Of a stretch of 60,775 nt of DNA, positions 9,138 through 16,717 are shown piece after piece. The notes below the pieces were generated by a model that saw only the letters and a list, made by a program, of their open reading frames with translations, made no database searches and had not been told where the DNA came from. Position numbers and translations under genes: made by a program. Each line of letters starts with the position of its first letter. Positions within the stretch are counted from its first letter, which is position 1. Source of the DNA: Ilumatobacteraceae bacterium (GTDB taxonomy: Bacteria > Actinomycetota > Acidimicrobiia > Acidimicrobiales > Ilumatobacteraceae); the NCBI GenBank assembly GCA_031424145.1, contig JANPGV010000177.1, forward strand, positions 1 to 60,775, written 5' to 3'.

Positions 9138-9650
9138 TCAGCTCTCCTTCTCGGCGAAGATCTCGACGCGGACGTCGACAGTGGGTTGGACCTTTAGCAG
9201 CAGGATGCGCGGTGGCTCCATGCCGAAGTCGCGGATGTCGAATGTCGATTCTCCGGTCATGGTGATCGTTTGATCGTTCAGCGCCTCAACGGTCATGTGG
9301 TCTTCGTATGGTCGGGTGACACCTCGGAAGGTCAGATCCCCGCCGACGATGTACCTGCTCGGTTCATTGGTCTGCTTCATCGCCTTCAGATCTCCGGCGA
9401 TGGTCGGATACCTGCGTGCATCAATTCGCCGTTGGAGCTCGCGATCCTCGAAGCCGTTGCCGGACTTGAGGTTCCGGACGGGGAACTCGAGGTGACCGAG
9501 CAGCAGCTGATCGACGTTGAGCTTCCCGTCGCTCACGTCCAGATCGAGCCAGCCCTCGAGGCCGAGTGCCTCGGTGTGGATCGGATGCACGTTCGAGCGC
9601 GCCGCGATCCACACATGAGACCGGTCCGGCACGATCCGGTAACGGGTCAC
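9138..9650 (-). CDS. YceI-like (polyisoprenoid/lipid-binding fold) protein, no signal peptide
   Basis: 170 aa, GTG start. It is paralogous to the C-terminal domain of the PadR fusion at 22632..23747. Shared blocks are RYRIVPDRS, LKSGN, RRIDARRYPT, LTFRGVTRP and FDIRDFG. There is a 1-nt gap to hypC. Confidence 0.8.
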   Translation of the reverse strand: MTRYRIVPDRSHVWIAARSNVHPIHTEALGLEGWLDLDVSDGKLNVDQLLLGHLEFPVRNLKSGNGFEDRELQRRIDARRYPTIAGDLKAMKQTNEPSRYIVGGDLTFRGVTRPYEDHMTVEALNDQTITMTGESTFDIRDFGMEPPRILLLKVQPTVDVRVEIFAEKES

Positions 9651-9656
9651 GGATAT

Positions 9657-9761
9657 CTACATCTCGCGAATCTTGAGGTACCGGGCGAGGTCGGGCAGCG
9701 ACTTGACGACCAGTGTGCCGACGACCCCTAACAGCACCGTGTAGACCAGCTTGTGGATCAT
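9657..9761 (-). CDS. 34-aa single-TM small protein (not in the ORF track)
   Basis: Reverse-strand translation is MIHKLVYTVLLGVVGTLVVKSLPDLARYLKIREM, followed by TAG. The ATG overlaps the protease stop (ATGA at 9758-9761). A strong AAGGAG lies 8 nt upstream, inside the protease 3' end. It resembles small proteins I recall next to actinobacterial hydrogenase proteases (DUF6893-like, from memory). Confidence 0.6.
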   Translation of the reverse strand: MIHKLVYTVLLGVVGTLVVKSLPDLARYLKIREM

Positions 9762-10252
9762 GGTTGGAGCTCCTTGTGTGGGTTGGAATGGATATCACTG
9801 AGGATTTCGCAAACCGTAGCTGCCGCTGGGGCGAGCGCAGCCTCGACCGGTTCCGACAGCCCCATGCCCTCCTCCAGCGTCAGCGGCTGACAGCCGATGA
9901 GCACGACCCGCGGGACGTGGCCGCCCATGCCGGCAAGCAGACCGAGTACCACGGCCGGGCTCATCGAGTGAGCGTCGACGCTGGTGGGATCGATCGACTC
10001 GACATCGGGCTCGAAGGTGACAACCGTTCCTGGGGCTTCGCCGAGGGGCATTGCATCGATGAGGACCAACGCGTCGTAGCCGTCGAGCAGTTCGTACGCC
10101 AAATGCACGCCGCGAATCCCGAAGTCGGCGATCTTGACACCGTCACGGACCTCGGCCGGAAGCGATGTGATGTCGATGTGCTTGATGACCTCGACTCCGA
10201 AGGCGTCGTCGCCGAGGAAGATGTTGCCGATGCCGGCCACGAGCACGTTCAC
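9758..10252 (-). CDS. hupD: [NiFe]-hydrogenase maturation endopeptidase (HupD/HyaD/HybD family)
   Basis: ORF 9758..10303 trimmed to the GTG at 10250-10252, which overlaps the upstream stop (GTGA). VNVLVAGIGNIFLGDDAFG is the conserved N-terminal motif, and DAHSMSP is the conserved His region. Confidence 0.9.
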   Translation of the reverse strand: MNVLVAGIGNIFLGDDAFGVEVIKHIDITSLPAEVRDGVKIADFGIRGVHLAYELLDGYDALVLIDAMPLGEAPGTVVTFEPDVESIDPTSVDAHSMSPAVVLGLLAGMGGHVPRVVLIGCQPLTLEEGMGLSEPVEAALAPAAATVCEILSDIHSNPHKELQP

Positions 10253-11691
10253 CGCAACACCTCGATCTCGTCGGGGTGGAAGTACAGAAAGCGACCCTGC
10301 CACTCGAGCATGTCGGCAGCCGGATCGTCGTCGAGCGCAACGGCCACGTGTTGTGCGCCGTCGACATCGTTGAACACACCCTTCACGGTTGCTAGACGAT
10401 CTGCGTAGAAGATGTCGTGCGCATCGGCTCGTCGTGATGGCTTCAGCCGCACGCGTGTGCCGCTGCCCACCCTGACGCCGCCGATGAGCATCGTGTCGCT
10501 GAAGGGATCAAAGGACGAGTCCTGGCCCGGATCCCACCACGGCGTACTTCCGTCGGTCAGTTCGGGCACGGTGTCTTCGACGCTGGAGAGCTCCGGGAAC
10601 GAGACTTCTGGAAACCCCTGGTATGGCGTGTCGATCGGTCGGAGCGAACGAACCGCGCCGTGCAACCGGGTCCAGATCTCGTCCGGCATGTCGTCGCACC
10701 GATCGATGATGGCAGCGGCGCGCGCATCGGTGCCACGGGCCTGGGCCTTCTCGTCATCGGTGAGCGTCATGACCCGCAACGCCAGGATCTCGTCGATCTC
10801 GGTCGAGTCGCAGAAATCGCCGGCGCTCTCCGGCGCGACCGCCGGGAAGTCGTAGAGGATGATGGGCGACGACAGCATCACGTCGCAGGTATCCGCGTAG
10901 CCGATCAAGACCGGGAAGGTGCCGTCGTTGTCGCACGACGCAACTGCAGCTTCAGCGCCCGGTGGTGGTTCGAGCAGTGACACGAACGCCGCATCGTCGA
11001 CTGCGAGCAGCGTGTGTACGGCGATCAATGACTTGCGCATCACCGAATCGCGATCCGTCGGCGCGTCGTCGGGCCAGTCGGTCGTGTTCTCGACGGTGAT
11101 CGACGCCTTGAGCAAGTTGTTGTCGTCGTCGGCTCGGGCCACGGAGAGCCGGACGAGTCCGCGCACTTCCTCGCGCCGCCTGACGGCTCGGCCCACGAGG
11201 GACCCGCGGTGGTCGCGCAGCAGCTCCACATCCTCGCCCGCCGGGAGCGTGAACGGATGGCTGCTGGTGGCATTGTCCGATGCCACCAAAGAGTGCGTCG
11301 GGATGTCGATCTCACGGTCGACGGCCTCGTCCCACGGAACCAGGGTGCTGTCACCGAGTTGTAGAGAATCGACCCGCGAATACGACGCTCCCTCGTCGTC
11401 GGTCGCGTCGACCTCGCGATGTTGTATCTGCAGACATCTGATCCGCACGGTCAGCTGCGGCGCTGCACCTGGATCGACGATCACCTCACTGCGCATGGCC
11501 GAACGCTCCGAGCCTGCGGACCGGCAGTAGTCGGGTGGGGCGAGAACACCGAACTGCCAACGCAGCTGGTTCTTCTGCGCGGAGGCCCGGTAGGGGTACA
11601 GAACGTAACCCTCGTAGAGCACGGTGTCGGCGACGAGCCGTGCGGTCTCGAAGCGGTCCGTCGATTGTGCGACTTCATCGGGCACGGACAT
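10249..11691 (-). CDS. Conserved hypothetical protein of Hhy-type hydrogenase clusters (about 480 aa, no domain recognised)
   Basis: ORF 10249..11892 trimmed to the ATG at 11689-11691 (MSVPDEV), 2 nt after the upstream stop. I recognise no motif. The C-terminal half is acidic. Confidence 0.7.
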   Translation of the reverse strand: MSVPDEVAQSTDRFETARLVADTVLYEGYVLYPYRASAQKNQLRWQFGVLAPPDYCRSAGSERSAMRSEVIVDPGAAPQLTVRIRCLQIQHREVDATDDEGASYSRVDSLQLGDSTLVPWDEAVDREIDIPTHSLVASDNATSSHPFTLPAGEDVELLRDHRGSLVGRAVRRREEVRGLVRLSVARADDDNNLLKASITVENTTDWPDDAPTDRDSVMRKSLIAVHTLLAVDDAAFVSLLEPPPGAEAAVASCDNDGTFPVLIGYADTCDVMLSSPIILYDFPAVAPESAGDFCDSTEIDEILALRVMTLTDDEKAQARGTDARAAAIIDRCDDMPDEIWTRLHGAVRSLRPIDTPYQGFPEVSFPELSSVEDTVPELTDGSTPWWDPGQDSSFDPFSDTMLIGGVRVGSGTRVRLKPSRRADAHDIFYADRLATVKGVFNDVDGAQHVAVALDDDPAADMLEWQGRFLYFHPDEIEVLR

Positions 11692-11693
11692 CT

Positions 11694-12332
11694 TCACATG
11701 TCCTCCCCGGCTTCTTTCAACAACCGTTCGAAGGTCTCGTCCCAGGTCAGCAGGGCCCGCGCGGCCTTGTAGCTCTGCAACGCATCGAGCGTGTCGCGGC
11801 CCAATCGCAACCAGCCGGTGTTGGGGAAGTAAAGGTCCATCATGTCCCGCCACAACGCGACCGGTAGCCGGTACGACGCCTCCTCGCTCCACGAGACGGG
11901 CACCACGCTGAGCCGAGAAGCGCTGGTGCCGAACGCCGTACCGGAGAACAGCAACACGATGGGGATCTCGCCACTCTCCAGCGAATGCATGTACTTGGCA
12001 GCAGCGATCTCAAAGTCGTAGGTGCAGGCGATGGGCAGATCGACCTCGGTGGCGCCGACGAAACCGGGTACCACCGTGCTGACGTTGGTCCACAGGAACG
12101 GTCGGAGCGTCTCACCCCATCGAGGAGTCTCGCCGAAGAGCTCCGTGAGACGGCGCTCCTCGTCGGCTTCATAGTGGCGACGCTTCGGTTCGATCATGAT
12201 CTGGCTGCGCAACGCGAGGGCATGGACCGGCTCGCCGCCCGCCGCAACGATTCGCAGCCGCAGCACCAGTGTGGGTACTGCCGCATAAGCCTCTACGCGC
12301 GACCCGATGACCTCGAACGAGACGGGGCTCAC
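11694..12332 (-). CDS. Conserved hypothetical protein (DUF6084-like by recollection)
   Basis: ORF 11694..12446 trimmed to the GTG at 12330-12332 (VSPVSFEV), which overlaps the upstream stop (GTGA). Confidence 0.65.
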   Translation of the reverse strand: MSPVSFEVIGSRVEAYAAVPTLVLRLRIVAAGGEPVHALALRSQIMIEPKRRHYEADEERRLTELFGETPRWGETLRPFLWTNVSTVVPGFVGATEVDLPIACTYDFEIAAAKYMHSLESGEIPIVLLFSGTAFGTSASRLSVVPVSWSEEASYRLPVALWRDMMDLYFPNTGWLRLGRDTLDALQSYKAARALLTWDETFERLLKEAGEDM

Positions 12333-13042
12333 CGGTGCAGCTCCTCGCTGTTCGTGGTCCACGCCGGCTGAGCCTTGCTGCGTACGCGATCGAAGAACGC
12401 ATTGAGAGCGGCGTGCGCCTCGGTGCCGCCGTCGAAGCCCTTCCACAACCTGCGTAGCTCACCGACGAGCTCGTAACAGACGTCGATGGGCACGAGGAAG
12501 CACTCCGCCTGGACGCCGTCAACACCTGAGCCAACAGCGTGCTGCTGCACATCTACGGATCGCCGATCTGCGCTGCGAACCAGGAACGCCTCGACGTCGG
12601 GCTGGAGCGTGGCCAGTGCCGGGTTGGCCGACACGATCTCGTCCCACGAGTCCAGTGACAACATCGATTCTGTCGCGCCCGCCGGGCTCGGGTAGAACGC
12701 GGCGATGTGGTTCAGCGACGAGTTCATGAAGAAGAACGCGACACCGACCGGGATCTGCAGCGCGTCCCATTGGGCGCTCGACAGCGTGAAATCAGAGAAG
12801 GAGATGAATCGATCGGGCACCGCGCGGAAACGGCTGCCACCTGAGCCGCGGGGAGAGAACACGAGGTAGCACGGCCGGCACGCGCACATCAGCGAACGGG
12901 ACTCGAGATCCACCACGTGGTTGTGTTCGTCGGGAATCAACTGCGCGCACAGCTCGCAACGCTCGCCCGGCCGTGGTTTCGGTTGAAGCGGCATCTCGCG
13001 GATCCGCCTCAGGATTGAACTGAGCGGCTGTGGACCGCTCAC
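12329..13042 (-). CDS. Conserved Cys-rich hypothetical protein (DUF5947-like by recollection)
   Basis: Contains CELC-x20-CACRPC (five Cys, a possible metal site). The start is either the GTG at 13040-13042 (GTGA overlap with the NifU-like stop) or the ATG at 12992-12994 (MPLQPKP). Confidence 0.65.
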   Translation of the reverse strand: MSGPQPLSSILRRIREMPLQPKPRPGERCELCAQLIPDEHNHVVDLESRSLMCACRPCYLVFSPRGSGGSRFRAVPDRFISFSDFTLSSAQWDALQIPVGVAFFFMNSSLNHIAAFYPSPAGATESMLSLDSWDEIVSANPALATLQPDVEAFLVRSADRRSVDVQQHAVGSGVDGVQAECFLVPIDVCYELVGELRRLWKGFDGGTEAHAALNAFFDRVRSKAQPAWTTNSEELHR

Positions 13043-13644
13043 GACACCGTTACGTCCGGTGCGAACGCCGCGCCGCACCCGGTGGCCGGGTCGAAAGCTC
13101 CCGCCGGTTTGGTGCCGAGCACGATCGGTATGACCGTCGACCCCAGATCGGGCGCGTGATCCGGCTCCGACGGTTCCTCGACGTCGATGATCATGATCTC
13201 CGGTGCGGCATCGAGGATGGCTCGTTCGACCGTCGTTCGCAGAGTGATTGCCGAGGACGGACAGCCGTCGCAGCTGCCCAGTAGCCGCAGCCGCACGGCA
13301 CCGACCCGCTCGTCGATGTCGAGGAGTTCCACGTCGCCTCCGTGGCCGGCCAGGAACGGGCGTACCTTCTCGAGCGCGTTCGCGATTCGCGTCTCCAGCT
13401 TCTCGGGATGCAGCCCGTTGGCAACGAGCAGGCTGGCCAGCAGATCATCGGCGATGATGTGCTGGCTCAGCTCGGGCGCGTGCTCATCGACCAGTGCCAT
13501 CACCCTTGCCAGCGCAGTGCCGTAGAGCTCGCTGAACACCTGGAGCAGCTCGACCGCCTGGTCGAAGACGCGCGGATCCGCTCTTGCCCGAAGTTGTTCG
13601 AGCTTGTGATCGATGTCGTCTCCGACGCTGGATTCGTACGTCAC
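13039..13644 (-). CDS. NifU-domain Fe-S protein (positional equivalent of HhyE-type proteins)
   Basis: 201 aa, GTG start directly abutting the hhyL stop. GGDVELLDIDE..VRLRLLGSCDGCPSS is the NifU C-terminal domain with its CxxC. Confidence 0.8.
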   Translation of the reverse strand: MTYESSVGDDIDHKLEQLRARADPRVFDQAVELLQVFSELYGTALARVMALVDEHAPELSQHIIADDLLASLLVANGLHPEKLETRIANALEKVRPFLAGHGGDVELLDIDERVGAVRLRLLGSCDGCPSSAITLRTTVERAILDAAPEIMIIDVEEPSEPDHAPDLGSTVIPIVLGTKPAGAFDPATGCGAAFAPDVTVS

Positions 13645-15444
13645 TCAGGCCAGATCCTCGTAGTTGTACGTCGTGGGAGAGTGCACCTTGCTGAGCGTGT
13701 GCCCTTTGCCCATGTACATGTGTACGCCACACGGCAGGCATGGGTCGAAGCTGCGCACGGTGCGCATGATGTCGATGCCCTTGAAGTGCTCGAGGTCGTT
13801 CTCCTCGAAGATCGGGCAACCCTGCACGGCGTCTTCATATGGCCCGGGTGTGCCATAGACGTCGCGTGGGTTGGCGTTCCACGGCGTCGGTGGGTATGGG
13901 TGGTAGTTGGCGATCTTGCCGTCGCGAATCACCATGTGGTGCGACAGCACGCCGCGTACAGCCTCGGTGAAGCCGCAGCCGATGCCCTCGTCGGGCACCT
14001 TGAACGACTCCCAGGTCTTGGTCTTGCCGGCGCGAACGTCGGCCAGGGCCTTGTCGAGGAAGTGCAATGCCGCGGCAGCCGAGTACGCCTGGAAGTAGGT
14101 CCTGGCCCGGTTGCGCTCGATCGTGTTGGACCACTTGGGGATCTTCCACTCGAAGCTCACCGGGCCCTTCAGGGCAGTCTTCGGCAGGTTGATCTGCACG
14201 CTCTTCCCGGTGGCCTTGACGTATCCGCCCAGATCCACCAACCCCGATAGTGCCGTGGACCACAGGCGGGCCAAGGGGCCGCCGCCGGTGTCGAGTGCTA
14301 GGTGGTCTTTGCCGTCGTACCAACGTGGCGACATGACCCAGCTGTAGTTGGCGTCGAAGTCGCGCTTCTGCGGCCTCGGGATCGTCGTCTGGTTCCACGG
14401 GTGGTTGCGATGTACCGGGTTCCCGAGCGGATCCTTGGTCACGAAGATCTCCTGGTCCTCCCAGCTCTGGTAGTAGGAGCTGCCGAGGAGGATGCGGATG
14501 CCGAGGTTGATGTCGACGAGGTCGTTGGTGACCAACTTGCCGTCGACGACAACGCCGGGCGTGACGCCCATGGCCCTTCCCCACTTGGTCATGTCCTTGT
14601 ACTGGAAGTTGCACACGTCGGGGTCTTGCCAGGCACCCCAGCAGCCGAGCAGGATTCGCCTGTTGCCCACCTGCTCGTACCCGGGGATGGCCTCGTAGAA
14701 GAAGTTGAACAGATCGTCGTGCAGCGGCACGACACGCTTCATGAACTCGACGTAGCGCATCAGCCGGCTGGCGTAGTCGGTGAACAACTGGATCGTCGCA
14801 ACCGTGCCGACACCTCCGGGGTACAGCGTGGACGGGTGCACATGGCGGCCCTCCATCAAGCAGAACATCTCCCTCGTGTAACGGCTGACCTGCAACGCCT
14901 CGCGGTAGAAGTCGCCGGAGAACGGATTCAGCGAGCGCATGATGTCGCCGATGGTCTTGCATCCGTGGGCACCAGCGTTCGGCGCCTCCGTGCGGTTGGC
15001 CTGATCGAGCACGCCTGGGTTGGTCTCGGCGACCATCTTCTCGCAGAAGTCGACTCCGACGAGGTTCTCCTGGAAGATGTTGTGGTCGAACATGAACTCG
15101 GCCGCTTCGCCGAGGTTGACGATCTGCTCACCGAGCGCCGGCGGGTGCACGCCGTAGGCCATGTTCTGGGCGTAGCACGAGCACGTCGCATGGTTGTCGC
15201 CGCAGATGCCGCAAATGCGGCTGGTGATGAAGTGGGCGTCGCGCGGATCCTTGCCCTTCATGAAGATGCTGTAACCGCGGAAGATCGACGAGGTGCTGTG
15301 GCACTCAGAGACGGTCTTGTTGGCCCAGTCGATCTTCGTGTAGATCCCGAGGCTGCCGACGATGCGTGTGATCGGGTCCCACGCCATCTCGATCAGTTGC
15401 TTGTCCTGGCCTTCCGGTCGCAAGGTTTCGGTCTTAGTTGCCAT
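13645..15444 (-). CDS. hhyL: [NiFe]-hydrogenase large subunit, group 1h/5
   Basis: ORF 13645..15519 trimmed to the ATG at 15442-15444 (MATKTETL). The N-terminal Ni-ligand motif is TSRICGICGDNH. The C-terminal motif is SFDPCLPCGVH, followed by a 24-aa tail (the protease substrate). Confidence 0.95.
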   Translation of the reverse strand: MATKTETLRPEGQDKQLIEMAWDPITRIVGSLGIYTKIDWANKTVSECHSTSSIFRGYSIFMKGKDPRDAHFITSRICGICGDNHATCSCYAQNMAYGVHPPALGEQIVNLGEAAEFMFDHNIFQENLVGVDFCEKMVAETNPGVLDQANRTEAPNAGAHGCKTIGDIMRSLNPFSGDFYREALQVSRYTREMFCLMEGRHVHPSTLYPGGVGTVATIQLFTDYASRLMRYVEFMKRVVPLHDDLFNFFYEAIPGYEQVGNRRILLGCWGAWQDPDVCNFQYKDMTKWGRAMGVTPGVVVDGKLVTNDLVDINLGIRILLGSSYYQSWEDQEIFVTKDPLGNPVHRNHPWNQTTIPRPQKRDFDANYSWVMSPRWYDGKDHLALDTGGGPLARLWSTALSGLVDLGGYVKATGKSVQINLPKTALKGPVSFEWKIPKWSNTIERNRARTYFQAYSAAAALHFLDKALADVRAGKTKTWESFKVPDEGIGCGFTEAVRGVLSHHMVIRDGKIANYHPYPPTPWNANPRDVYGTPGPYEDAVQGCPIFEENDLEHFKGIDIMRTVRSFDPCLPCGVHMYMGKGHTLSKVHSPTTYNYEDLA

Positions 15445-15452
15445 CGTTGGTC

Positions 15453-16520
15453 CTACCGCTTCCCTGTTTGATTGTCTGGCTTGTAACCGGTGAGCAACTT
15501 GGTGCCCTTCACTCTCCACTTCGGTTCTTCGTCAACGGTCTTCGCCGTGACGCCGCGCAACGTACGGATCAACTTCCCGTACGTGGCGCTGGCCATCGTC
15601 GACACCCGGGCGCCGGGTGGCTCGTCCATGAACGGCATGAACTTGTCGGGGAAGCCGGGCATCGTGCAGCCGATGCAGATGCCTCCGACGTTCGGGCATC
15701 CGCCGACGCCGTTGATCCATCCGCGCTTCGGGACGTTGCATTTCACAACTGGTCCCCAGCACCCGAGCTTGACGATGCACTTCGGTGAGCCGTACTCGGT
15801 CGCGAAATCGCCCTGCTCGTAGTAGCCGGCGCGATCGCAGCCTTCGTGCACGGTCGCACCGAACAGCCATTGCGGGCGCAGTGCTTCGTCGAGCGGGATC
15901 ATCGGTGCCTGACCCGTTGCCTGGTACAGCAGGTAGGTGATGGTCTCCGACATGTTGTCCGGGTGGGCCGGGCAACCCGGCACGCACACGATCGGGATCC
16001 CGGCCTTCGATTTCCATCCCCAGCCGAGGTAGTCGGGCACACCCATCGCGCCGGTCGGGTTACCGGCCATCCCGTGAATACCGCCGTACGTCGCGCACGT
16101 GCCAACGGCCAGCACAGCGAGAGCGTGCGGGGTGAGGCGATCGAGCCAGTCGTTGACGGTCATCGGCTGCCCCGTGTCGGGGTTGTTGCCGAAGCCTGTC
16201 CAGTATCCGTCGCCATTGATCTGCTCGTTCGGGATGGAGCCCTCGACGACGAGGACGAACGGCTCCAGCTCACCTCTGGCGCCTTTGAAGAACCACTTGA
16301 GGAAATCGTCGGCGCCGCCGTTCGGGCCGCACTCGAAATCGATCAACGGCCAGTGGACCGCGATCTTGGGCAGGCCTGGCAATGCACCGAGGGCGATCTC
16401 TTCGATCGTCGGCTGCGTCGCCGCGGTCAGTGCGACGGAATCGCCGTCGCAGCTGAGGCCCGCATTGAGCCATAAGACGTGGACGACCAGTTCGTCCGGA
16501 GGGGCTTCCGTAGCGGTCAC
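15453..16520 (-). CDS. hhyS: [NiFe]-hydrogenase small subunit, group 1h/5, no Tat signal
   Basis: The longest ORF reaches the GTG at 16577. I prefer the GTG at 16518-16520 (VTATEAPP) because AAGGAG sits 5 nt upstream. Fe-S ligand regions are LSCDGDS, GTCATYGG, VPGCPAHP and CIGCTMPGFPD. Neither N-terminal version has an RRxF twin-arginine motif. Confidence 0.9.
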   Translation of the reverse strand: MTATEAPPDELVVHVLWLNAGLSCDGDSVALTAATQPTIEEIALGALPGLPKIAVHWPLIDFECGPNGGADDFLKWFFKGARGELEPFVLVVEGSIPNEQINGDGYWTGFGNNPDTGQPMTVNDWLDRLTPHALAVLAVGTCATYGGIHGMAGNPTGAMGVPDYLGWGWKSKAGIPIVCVPGCPAHPDNMSETITYLLYQATGQAPMIPLDEALRPQWLFGATVHEGCDRAGYYEQGDFATEYGSPKCIVKLGCWGPVVKCNVPKRGWINGVGGCPNVGGICIGCTMPGFPDKFMPFMDEPPGARVSTMASATYGKLIRTLRGVTAKTVDEEPKWRVKGTKLLTGYKPDNQTGKR

Positions 16521-16717
16521 ACTCGCTCCTTTTCCCTTGGCGTCGAACGGTTTCGGCGCACGATCGGCCAGCGCCACGAGTGAAGGCGTGGTCGCGGCAC
16601 TGGATAACGATTCCCGTACTACGCCGCTCAGGCGTGGCCGTCAATGAGTGCGTTTTCCACTCATGATGCAGAGAGTGGTGCGTGAACCACTGGCTAATGA
16701 CCCAGGTCAGTGAACCT
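16521..16717 (-). promoter_or_regulatory. hypF-hhyS intergenic region with palindromes (candidate structural-gene promoter/operator or attenuator)
   Basis: Inverted repeat ATGAGTG (16644-16650) / CACTCAT (16658-16664) with a 7-nt spacer. Inverted repeat AGTGGT (16674-16679) / ACCACT (16686-16691). GTGAACC occurs twice (16682-16688 and 16710-16716). Confidence 0.3.

Noticed and set aside
14302-15471. Long plus-strand ORF (389 aa) opposite hhyL. Similar long antisense ORFs occur at 49292..50782 (opposite katE), 59050..60162 (opposite the Vgb-like gene), 31165..32655, 21047..22159, 43222..44103 and 46662..47702.
   Set aside because: Their translations are Arg/Gly/Pro/Asp/His-rich and low-complexity with no motifs. 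The opposite strand encodes unmistakable conserved proteins. Long open antisense frames are expected at this GC content.
15453-16577. Possibility that HhyS carries a Tat signal (periplasmic uptake hydrogenase, groups 1a-1g).
   Set aside because: Neither the long (MALADRAPKPFDAKGKG...) nor the short (VTATEAPPDELVV...) N-terminus contains an RRxF-type motif or a hydrophobic h-region. No cytochrome b gene is present. This fits a cytosolic group 1h enzyme.
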